From: Hormiphora californensis
Lineage: Eukaryota > Animalia > Ctenophora
Direction: 5' to 3'
Length of the DNA stretch: 64,000 nt
Assembly: GCA_020137815.1 (NCBI GenBank)
Contig: CM035353.1
Span: 1,488,001-1,552,000, forward strand
The position numbers were made by a program, and so were the translations under genes. Numbering within the stretch: position 1 is the stretch's first letter; every line of letters begins with the position of its first letter. Below, piece after piece: positions 24,753 through 36,395 of this stretch. The notes beneath the pieces were generated by a model. It was not told where the DNA came from, searched no databases, and saw only the letters and a list, made by a program, of their open reading frames with translations.

Positions 24753-25126
24753 TGCATGTTTTGATCTCACCAAGCTACACTCTTTGTTACATAATAAAGT
24801 GTGTAATGTACATTCTTTTTGTACACCCCCTCTCCCCTAGTCATTGTAGATGAGATATCTGCTTTACTGTGTGCCTATTCAATTTATTTTTGTCCTAAAT
24901 CAATAATCTTTAACGAAGACTTCAATATTATAGCATTTATAGATAAAATTGGTGCGTGAAAAATGAAAGAATGGATAATCACTGCTAGGATGGGTTGCCC
25001 ATTATATCACCAGGACGGTGAAGGAAGTGCTGGACATGACCTCACCCGGACCAGGCACAGGGCTGGACAGAAGGAAAGGGGGAAAAAACAGGACGGGCGG
25101 GGGGGAGAGAAGCGCGGCTCCGCTCT

Positions 25127-25899
<773 letters not shown>

Positions 25900-26578
25900 C
25901 ATATCTCTCTTTTGATAGATTCAAGACTGATAAAGCTGGTATGGGCCGACCCGAAGAAAACTCTATCCCAAAGAATGGTCTGCGTCCATCTCAATGAGGC
26001 ATGATGTAAGTTTTCAGTTATTTAGTTTTCTGAATGTACCTTCCGGCCTTAGTCAGACCCTGCTGGCAGCTAGATACCAATTACACTCTATTAGTTACCC
26101 CTCGAAGCTTCCTAGATAGCCCTTACAGCTCATTAGATAACCCGTTTACCTTCTTGTACACCCCTCAGACCCTGGTAGATACCCATCAAAATAGGAAATT
26201 AACAGTTTTGTTCCGATTTACCGGGAAAAACCCTTTCCCCCGAGCACCCCGGTAAATCGGGGTCCGACTGTATAACATGAATCATGACAATGTATAATCA
26301 TCCCTCCCGCTGAGTTCCACCTCAATAAGCCCTCCCTCCCTCAGGCACAGTTATTATGGAGTTATCGTTGTTGACTCTTATCAAATACTCAGTACTCTAC
26401 CCGCCTTGGCAGCAAATTTACTACAATGGCCCACTGTGGTGTTCTCGAAGTGTACCTTTCCTTCCTGAGAGAACGGAGAGAAGATAGCCTAGATCTGGGT
26501 CTGGAGAACCTCTCGAATACATATTTAGGTTAGTGTGACGCCTTGTTAGTTGTTCCATCAATCAGTTGATATAATGGA

Positions 26579-27140
26579 CAGACACCCCCTCACCATCCCT
26601 GTTTCTAACCCCAGACACCCCCTTACCATCCCTGTTTCTAACCCCAGACACCCCCTCACCATCCCTGTTTCTAACCCCAGACACCCCCTCACCATCCCTG
26701 TTTCTAACCCCAGACACCCCCTCACCATCCCTGTTTCTAACCCCAGACACCCCCTTACCATCCCTGTTTCTAACCCCAGACACCCCCTTACCATCCCTGT
26801 TTCTAACCCCAGACACCCCCTCACCATCCCTGTTTCTAACCCCAGACACCCCCTTACCATCCCTGTTTCTAACCCCAGACACCCCCTTACCATCCCTGTT
26901 TCTAACCCCAGACACCCCCTTACCATCCCTGTTTCTAACCCCAGACACCCCCTCACCATCCCTGTTTCTAACCCCAGACACCCCCTCACCATCCCTGTTT
27001 CTAACCCCAGACACCCCCTCACCATCCCTGTTTCTAACCCCAGACACCCCCTTACCATCCCTGTTTCTAACCCCAGACACCCCCTCACCATCCCTGTTTC
27101 TAACCCCAGACACCCCCTCACCATCCCTGTTTCTAGCCCC
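26579..27140. repeat. 33-bp minisatellite x17 (CAGACACCCCCT[C/T]ACCATCCCTGTTTCTAACCC)
   Basis: 17 contiguous units, essentially one variable position. Confidence 0.95.
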
Positions 27141-27584
27141 TGTTTTTATCTTCCCCAATCCAATTGCCCTTAACTCCCCTAACAGTATCTTGGTTACAGG
27201 CATTTTCTGAGCTGAGAAGTACAATACGGAAAGATGAAACAAACAGCCCACGCCCCATTGTGACGCTGCCGGACGAAAATATTGCTGTACCAAATCTTCA
27301 CTGCAGCATTTATCAGCAAATTCCATCGAAGAAAGCTCGAGCAAAAACCATTCAAAATGAACAACACAAACACTGTTTTGGGGAAAGGGTTTTGCCCGGT
27401 ATATCGGATCGAGATGACATATTCCCATATTGTTAGTTTCCTATATCTTGATCTGTGGAGAGATGTGTGCGAAAGTGTTTGACAGTGATACATCTTGAAA
27501 TATTCTAAACTAGTTTCGATAAATGTTTCGATTAATTTCCTGTAGCTCAAGGGAGGGAAGGAGAGAGTGAGAGACGAAAGTGGG

Positions 27585-27615
<31 letters not shown>

Positions 27616-27814
27616 GTTAAAAACTTTATCCATCTTCCTGGTAATTGGTAAACATTTGTTTGGTAACTTTTTTGGTAATAAATTGAGTTGTTTTAATTTC
27701 ATATTGTTGTATAAAGGCGGACGGGGTGGTAACTGTGTATGGGGGGGGGGGGGGGGGGAGGCACGTCTGGGGCGTGGGAGGTCATAGTCAATGGTTTCTT
27801 TCACTCACACTCTA

Positions 27815-27867
<53 letters not shown>

Positions 27868-28356
27868 AGGTGTCAAATTGATAACAAGAGAGGCCTCTCT
27901 AGAGGATCTCTAGTTTCTCTCTCTCTCCCACACTCACTCTCTCTCACACACTTTCTCTAAAACACTAATCTTCCTGTCTCTATAAGTGGCCTGTTCTATG
28001 TAACGCGCGAACGACATATTGTAGCATTCTCTGCGCTAAGATTCTGTGTGCGCGTTCTCACGCAGCTCACGCACTTCAAAACTGTGACACCAGACCCCAA
28101 TTTGAGAATCAAATTGGGGTCTGGCGCCGCCAGACAGGTAATGGAAAACGAAGATACAGTAAGACGACACGCAACCGTGGCCAATCAGGGTGCTAGTACG
28201 TGCTGAACACATGCACTTTTTGCCGTGCGTTATGCAACGTGCGCGTCTCCTTACTGTATTTTTATTACGGTAATACGACTACAAGCAGCACTGATAGTGT
28301 CGAGTAAGGCAATATATAAGTTGGGTTCTCGGGGATAAAAAAGGTCTGGTTAGTTG

Positions 28357-28480
28357 GTTGACTAACTGATACCAGGTTATATTGATGTGTATTAACTAAT
28401 TTATCAACTAGTAACCTTTTTAATTGATTAATTAGTTACTAAACATTGATATAACCTGGTGATTATATCAGTTAGTCAAC
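28357..28480. mobile_element. Short palindromic MITE
   Basis: GTTGACTAACTGATA...CCAGGTTATATTGATG / CATTGATATAACCTGG...TATCAGTTAGTCAAC. Confidence 0.65.
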
Positions 28481-28503
28481 GTAATTAGTTAATTAATTTT
28501 CAC

Positions 28504-29139
28504 CTGTCAATGTCTCGATAATGTACTCTAGTCCTTGGAAAAACTGAACCTTCTCCAGTGGGTAATTTAACCACCTGTGGGTGATGAATTAGGGTCAAAT
28601 TGTATTAACTTATAGCTGACACGAGAACAGCAGATGGGAAAGTTTGAAACAAGCACTGTTTTGTTGCTGTTTGATACGGGCACAATAGCTAGCTAGACCG
28701 TCTTTCGCGGGAGGGTTAGAACATAACAACACAATACATAGACGTGTATGTATGGTAAAATACTATTCTTTACTCATTACTAATGAGTACTGAATAGTAT
28801 TTTACTAATATAAGTCATTAGTAACAACTTGATAATACAGTCGGACCCCGATTTAGTGGCCCCCGATTTAGTGGCAGGATTTTTTCCCCCGAAATAGGAA
28901 ATTAACATTATTTGAACCCGATTTAGTGGCACCTCGATTTAGTGGCAGGATTTTTTCCCCCCGAGGATGCCACTAAATCGGGGTCCGACTGTACAAATAT
29001 TAACTCACCCCCCAGTGATGCAGAAGTAAGTCTCATGGGGGGAGATGTGGTGGACATGGTGATGAGGTCGCGGCAGGATAATGTGAAGGTCCTGGAGAAT
29101 CTTTACCCACCGAGGAACACTCGTTACCATGTGGGACCA
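28504..29139 (-). CDS. PEDS1: Plasmanylethanolamine desaturase (TMEM189/Kua domain), 3' exons 29139-29009 and 28574-28504
   Basis: Spliced translation WSHMVTSVPRWVKILQDLHIILPRPHHHVHHISPHETYFCITGG|WLNYPLEKVQFFQGLEYIIETLT closely follows the PEDS1 C-terminal half (ILPRxHHxxHHxSPHETYFCITxGWLNYPLEK). Canonical splice sites; terminal exon not found. Confidence 0.92.
28838..28991. mobile_element. Family A MITE in a PEDS1 intron (TA TSD)
   Basis: TA|CAGTCGGACCCCGATTTAGTGGC...GCCACTAAATCGGGGTCCGACTG|TA. Confidence 0.85.
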
Positions 29140-29210
29140 CTGAAAAAAGGGAGGGGGTTAGTTTAACGGTGTTATGATTACTTGTTGTTTTGTCTGTGGT
29201 TATTAGTGCC

Positions 29211-29860
29211 TGGGTGTCCTCCACGAACAGTACTAAAATTTTAGATCTCGACTAATTAGGCCTTTTGAGTGTGAAAATTGGAGAGCAATATCGATTTCGT
29301 CCACGAACTACAGAATTAGTGTTGGTTGTTTGTGCTTTGAGTAGGGTTTTAGAGAGGGATTAGTTCCATACTAAAACCCCCTCCACGTGGTACAAGTCAC
29401 GTGATTTCACGCCCCATTTCACACTGAACCCATATAAGCCCCACTAACCTAGCACTAAAATTTCGACTAAACAGGCTGAGAATTTAACCAACCCAAAGGC
29501 TGTCTAAATTGAAACTAAATTTTACTATTGTGGAAATGCGTTCCCAAAACGACCCCAAAATGACCCAAAATTGCCAAAATGGCCACGGCTGTCTTTGACA
29601 TACATGCTTACATGATGAACTTGAGATATTGAAATTGTTTAAAATTGAAAAAATCACTTTAAAGGAACGAGATAAGAGGGAGAGAGAGAATTCCTTATGT
29701 GCATATCCCAGAAATATGAGAGGATATATGAAAGAGTATAATTAGACAGTACTTCTCAAGATATGTACTAGGGGGCCAAAATGAAATATTATACCGGATA
29801 GAATTGCCTGTATTATGTTTAACTAGCAAAATCATAGCAAAAGTATCAAAAGTAAGTACA

Positions 29861-29918
<58 letters not shown>

Positions 29919-30562
29919 TCTCTCTCATTCCCCTCTCATTCCCCTCTCTCCCAATCTCAGTCCCCCCTCTCATTCTCCCCTCTCATTCCCTCTTCTCTCC
30001 CAAACTCATTCCCATCTCTCATTCCCATCTCTCATTCCCCCTCTCATTCCCCCTCTCATTCCCACTATATCCCAATCTCTCACTCCCCCGCTCATTATCC
30101 CCCTCTCATTCCCCCCTCTCATTCTCCCCTCTTTCCCAAACTCATTCCCATATCTCATTCTCCATCTCTTTCCCTCCTATCTCCCAATTTCTCATTCCCG
30201 GTTCCCCATTTCATTATGCCCCTCTCGTTATCCCCCTCTCAGGTGTGGCACTGGCTATTAATTATCGCACATTGAAAATCAAGTGTCCTGATTGGCCAGT
30301 GGATCTCTATCTCAATTCACACATTACGTTCCACGTTATTGTATGTCACGCTGATATCTTCACGTGATGGAAAAGAAAGAGTGCCCATTGGGTGTCGCAT
30401 TCTATCACATGTATAACACCTCAGTATCACATGGGTCGGACCAAGCCTCGAAACATGTTGTTCGTGGACGGTTATCTAAAGTTTAGCGAGATATTAGTCG
30501 CTCACTAACTTGACTTCTAAATTTCAACACTAAACTGAATTTAGTTTCGTGGAGGACACCCA
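29211..30562. mobile_element. ~1.35-kb non-autonomous TIR element carrying (CT)n and CCCCTCTCATT repeats
   Basis: 17-bp TIR TGGGTGTCCTCCACGAA / TTCGTGGAGGACACCCA; subterminal GTCCACGAAC / GTTCGTGGAC; no clear TSD. Confidence 0.65.
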
Positions 30563-32757
30563 GACCAATCCCAATTGGAACCGAAACCCCCACAACACCA
30601 GCCTCTACACCTAACACCAACCACCCCCAAAACTACCAGCAACCACGCTACAGATAACACCAGGAGATCCGGAACAGCGAAAAGACCGAGACCCTCCGTC
30701 CACTAAGATGGTAACCGTGGACACTCGCCAGAAGCCGCGAGACCTCCATTACCATATTTTAGCATGGGAAAAGTTTCACAGAAATCAGAGGAGGTGAGTG
30801 GAGTGTGCTTATCGACTCTAGGGAGCTCTACTAAGGGCCAATTAGGAGCTGTGCGCTGCATATGTGGTGGCAATGCCACAGCCCCAAAAGTCACCGTGTT
30901 TTCTTGAATAATATTATTCCTTCGACATTTTGTTTGTGATATTCTGCTAAATAAAATCTCATCTCTTCTCATTGTTCTATGAAGCGGCCCCCTGGAGGAC
31001 CTTGTTGAGTAATATAACCAACAAGGACTTGCTGTGTGCTGCATATAATATTCCTACGACATGTGATCGAATCTCTGCGATGAACAGCATGGGGATTATG
31101 CCATAAATGGTCAAATGAGTGAGGGAGAAAGTATAGAGAGAATATAGAGAGATAGAGAGAGGAATATATAAAGATAGATAGAGGGAGATAGAGAGATAGA
31201 GAGAGAAATATATATATAGAGAGATAGAGGGACATATAGGGAGAGAGAATTATATAGAGTGATGTTATAACTTTTAACGGGCCTCTCTGTGTTATAGCCG
31301 CTCTCTCTCTCTTCCTCTCTATACCTCTGTGTTTTGTACAGTGTATAATCCTTTATATACCATGTCCTCTGAATCACCATCACCAGCTCCTGGAGGTAAT
31401 ATTGTACAAGCTGCATGAATAATTGTTTGAGCTTATACTTGTTTGTTTGAAACTTGCATGAGTTAGAAAGATTTGTAGATTTCTTCATTTTTCAATTTCA
31501 ATGCTGTGCATCATATTAACGTGGCATTTATCCTGGCATGTAGACGATAAAGTACGGGCTCATGTTATAGTATCAATATCGATTATGACCGTGAGATAAG
31601 ACATGATAGACTTGCATATATTATCTGATCTTGCATACAAATACTAGTATAACGATCTGTAAATAGTCTTTTGTATACCATAAACAACCATGTACTGCAC
31701 CTTGTAACATAACACTGCGTTGCCTAGCTAGACCCTGTTTCGCGAGCCCCGAAACATTGTGTCTCTGAATGTGTCTTTTGATATACCCATGATACGTGTA
31801 GACTGTATAATATGTATATGACATTGATAATATATCTTGAGATTTACATCAAATTATCAGTGTGTAGCATTTGTATGATTATTTATTCCCAACTTCTAAC
31901 TTCTAACTCTTCTGACAAATTGAATAATACCAGTTTATTATATTATTATTATAATATTCCTTTTCTATCTAGCTAAGATATCATCGTAACTTGAATCTTG
32001 TCGAACTACTAATTTATCGTTCACGATAATAGACTATCAGGTCAATGCTCTGACCACAGTTCTCGCGCTTATTTGAGAGAAATGAGTATAGGGTCATGCC
32101 ATGCCAATGCTCTGACAGTCTAATAGATCAAGAATTCATAATCCCCAATCCCATTGCATATTATCTCATCAAGTTCTCCTGTTATATATATCTCCAAGTA
32201 TTTTAGGCGTAACCGTTCCCCTCTATCTATGATCTCTCTGACCTCTCCCTCTCTCCCTCTCTTTCTCTCTCCCTCTCTGTTCTGAGTTTTCACACACCTG
32301 CTTGAGAATGAGATGAGCACACGGGAATCTCGAATGTACGTTATTAGCATGTTCTCTATATCCCCGGCTCCTTTCTATCTCCATCTTCATCTCTTAATTC
32401 TCTATCTCTCTATCTCTCTTTCTTTTTTCTCTCTTTTTCTCTCAAGCTATATATCAAAACAAGCTATATCTCTCTCGTTTTTTCTTTCTGTACCGTTGGA
32501 ACACCGCGTGTCTGCTGCAGTACTCTGTACTAAATACTAATCTATGCATGCGTATTGCGTACACACTATAACACGGGTGCAAATTTAACCCAGTTAGTGT
32601 CAGAATTTTCTAGTTTCTAACACTGTGCTTGTAGATATTGTTGACATCAATAAATCTTAAATATCAAAAAACAATTTGTTTTTTAGAAAGCTGCATAATG
32701 TTAAAAGAGGACCACTCATCGAATTCTGGTGCACCAGGTAAGAATTGGGAAAGGGGG

Positions 32758-32823
<66 letters not shown>

Positions 32824-33535
32824 GAAGATGGCGGGTATCTCTGAATGGGTAGTTAGACAAACTTTAGTAGATCCGATTGGAAACTTTAGTCGGTCTCATT
32901 TAACATCTGATACAGTACACGCAGATGACACTATAGCCTGCCTCAATTTATAACTTTCACTTCACTTTTACTTGCAATAGTTTGTCGTATCAGTGATTCA
33001 CACTGCATCTCTATTGTGATCTATTCGAATCATGGGAAAATACTGGTACGGCACAACGGAAGGTATGTGAAAATATAATATCTAATTATTTACATTATCG
33101 ACCGATCGCGATCGGCCCTGATCTATAGCTATGATTTCTAGCTTTCTTGTTAATGCTACCGAGGCGATCTAAGATCATGGCCGGTTTGAGGGACCCTCAG
33201 TGAAGGGGTACTATGTGGACAGCTTTTTAGTCCTGCAAAGAGGGATCTGCAATTTGCTCTCTCAGCTCTCTGTTTGTATTGTTCATACAATTGTAACAGC
33301 ACAACTCTCTGTTAGATCTGGTTTGGAAATTGAATCGGATCCATAATAATATGACCATATATGGATATCAGCTCATATTTGATTCATTTAGTCGTCAACT
33401 GATACGACTCATATAGCTCCTACAAGTGACCTTTGGTTCTCGTCCGATCTCGGATCTATGCTTCCTACGTCTTGGTTGCTTTATTCTGTTAAAATAAGCC
33501 AGGCTTATTTTAACAAGATGTATTTCTAGGACATG

Positions 33536-33669
33536 CAGTCGGATCTCGATTTACCGGGCCTCGATTTACCGGAACCCCGAATCGCCTTTCCCCCATGGGG
33601 CCCCGAGCATTCGAATAAATAACTGCTACTGTCGGATGATCATCCGGCCTGTAAATCGAGGTCCGACTG
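33536..33669. mobile_element. Family A MITE, degenerate
   Basis: CAGTCGGATCTCGATTTAC...GTAAATCGAGGTCCGACTG. Confidence 0.7.
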
Positions 33670-33745
33670 TAGCAGTTATTTATTATTTTAGCCCTTGGTA
33701 ACTACTAATGTAGCATGTGAAAGTTTGCTGTTTGATATGATTATA

Positions 33746-34670
33746 TTAGGTTGTCCAAGAAATAATGTCGCGGGCCGATTTCTCCAACTTAACTCAACAA
33801 TTTCGGTATACAACTTTTTCTAGCGCCTTGATCTAACCCTTGTCTGTATATAACAAGTGTCTGTTTTGAAAAATTTGATATTTGAAGTCCCTTGGTGAAG
33901 CCGGAAAAATTGCAAAAAATTTTGCCGCTGAACGAGATTTCCGTGCATGTTGAAAAATCTGTTATAGTTATTTAATCAAGCATCTGTAAGATTTTTAATG
34001 ACATCAAGCTTGTTTATTAGACAAATATCTATCGTTTGAGTGGTGAATGAAGTCACAGATCCAATTTGTCTCGGAGCTATGGAGCTCTGAAAAATTTTGG
34101 TCAAAATCGGAAACTTTTACTTCCGGGATACTTCAGGTTTGATTGGATTGGTGAATGATAAATTTTTTGATGGTAATTAATAGTCCCAACTAAGCTTTTA
34201 ACCGTAGTAAAGTTAACTTTTGGCTTTGGTAAGGTTTTGAGGTGAAAAAATGCGGTTTTTTGAAAGTCCCGATTTTTGGGTCCAAAATCGAGATAAATTT
34301 TTTCGTTTTTTCACTTTTTTGGGGTAGATTTACTAAGTTTGCCGTTTCCATAGAACGCGTCGAGACTAAAATCGCATGGGTACTATATCTTTGGACGATG
34401 GGCTATCGATTGGCGCCATTTAGAGTTCTGGAAACTTAAATGGCTTCCTTCCAGCGACGTTTTAAAATTTGAAAAACTCCCGTTCAGCGGCAGAGCGACT
34501 TCCGGTGACAGATTACCCAAATACGGGCAATGAAAATATTAGTATGAAATTCTAAATGTGTTTTCCAGACGGGAAATTGTCTACTGAACAAGATAGAACA
34601 AGTTAAAAGTCTCTAACTCATGCATTTCTACAAAAAATCGTAAGACGACATTATTTCCTGGACAACCTAA
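33746..34670. mobile_element. Non-autonomous mariner-like element (925 bp, TA TSD)
   Basis: TA|TTAGGTTGTCCAAGAAATAATGTCG ... CGACATTATTTCCTGGACAACCTAA|TA; TTAGGTTG is a typical mariner TIR start; no transposase ORF. Confidence 0.8.
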
Positions 34671-35647
34671 TATTATCACTAAGTGCTAGGGAATACGTCA
34701 CTATTGTTATTGACCATAGACGATAAATTCTTAGACCAATACGTCATACTCATCGCGTCGACGCTACAATCGATAGATCATTGTGATAGGGGCCTACTAC
34801 GTATAATTTTATGACAAATTAAATTGCGCCAAATATATTTACTATACTTATATTTAATTCCGAGGTCGATCTCGACTCATTATGTATGAGAAATATCAAT
34901 CTGAATCACATCTTGTCAGATTTACATTCCGATTTCCACTCGCGTATCTACTGTTATATTACTGTTAATCGTTTTATTATCTTGCTTTTCGAAATCCCAA
35001 AAAGAGTTTAATTTCATTTACTGTCCGGAGTTGATGAGATTTTGTCCTGCAGTAACGAAATTACCCCTCTCCGCGTTATATCAAGAGAATTTGGAGGTCG
35101 ACACTTGTATATCTATACTTCCACTTCATGTTTGTTTTCTTCAAGGTATATCTTCATGCCGTCCGTTGCCATGCCACCACCACGCAATATATTACAAGGC
35201 TTACATCACATAGAGAGACAATGTTTGTTTCAATTTGGCACACTAGATTCTTGGCACACAAATCCTTTTATCATAGCTGTGTGTGTGTTTCTCAATTTTG
35301 AGATTCTCAGTTAGAATTTGCTTATGAACTACATAGTTGGTCCATCGTAGGATTATTGTTTCTAAATAAACTACCGAAACTATTGATCATTTTTACATTG
35401 AAAATGAGGGGTAATTTCTTTGGCAACACTTACACCTGTGTCAAATGGGTCCCGGACTCCTGACCATGCGTCCAGTCGGTCAGGAGTCCGGACACCGTGT
35501 CAAATAGAACGTACAATACAGAAATGTCTATCAGAATAATCATGCTATTCTTGGCACAATGACATAGTTGTTAGGCGTTGTTTTCAGCCACATTAGTCTT
35601 TACACAGTCTACCATCGTTTTTGTAACGTTTCCGCATCTTTAGCACC

Positions 35648-35720
<73 letters not shown>

Positions 35721-35723
<3 letters not shown>

Positions 35724-36395
35724 GTCGACGCTTCTAAAAGCAGAGACAGCCAGAGTGAAGTGAAGAAAGTTGAGGATGGACAGTCCGTATGCAAGGCTTT
35801 TCTAGATTGGTCATGCAAGCACGGTACTAGAGGAGACCGGTTAGTTAACGGATCCAGGTGCATATACAAACACCTCCCGGTTTGTGGGCCGTTTCTGAAG
35901 TCGGGTACATCCTCGAAGGGCTGCACAGATTCAAGTTGTCAGCTCTTTCATCCAAAGTTATGTCGTTATGTACAATCCGAGACATGTTGTCATGACGCCA
36001 AATGTAGTTTTTTCCATCCTTCCGGCTTCCGCAAAGCGAGAAAGACTGCTATTAAAGCAAAGTCTGACAAGGAGCAGCCCCCGAAGAATACTCAGAAATC
36101 TAAGGGGAAGGGAAAGGGTAAGGGTAAAGGAAAAGGCCCAAAACCCAATGGAAAAGAGAAGTTTAAACTAGGGAAGGGAAATGTTGGTCCGGATTTTCGG
36201 AAATTCGAGGATCTGGTGGTTCGTTTGATAGAGAGAATGGATTTCATGGAGAAGAGGTTGGATGCCAAGGTCTCCCAGGCGGAGAGCAGTCGCACCCATC
36301 AGCTCCAAACACCACATATGCCCATACAAGTTCCATGGCAGCCACCCCTCATGCAAATGCAACGTTACCCTCCCGCTCAACCTGTATGTTATTAA
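35721..36395 (+). CDS. LINE ORF1 C-terminal part with three CCCH-type zinc fingers
   Basis: CKAFLDWSCKHG...CIYKH; CGPF...C...CQLFH; CRY...C...CSFFH; basic KG repeats; coiled-coil-like LIERMDFMEKRL. No ATG between the (CT)n tract and the zinc fingers. Confidence 0.75.

Noticed and set aside
23242-24853. Gly-rich / Pro-rich (extensin- or formin-like) ORFs
   Set aside because: Translations of a poly-G tract open on both strands; no coding signal.
26550-27428. CRISPR array or repeat protein (PRHPLTIPVSN)n
   Set aside because: Units are contiguous with no unique spacers and no cas genes; the ORFs arise from the 33-bp period.
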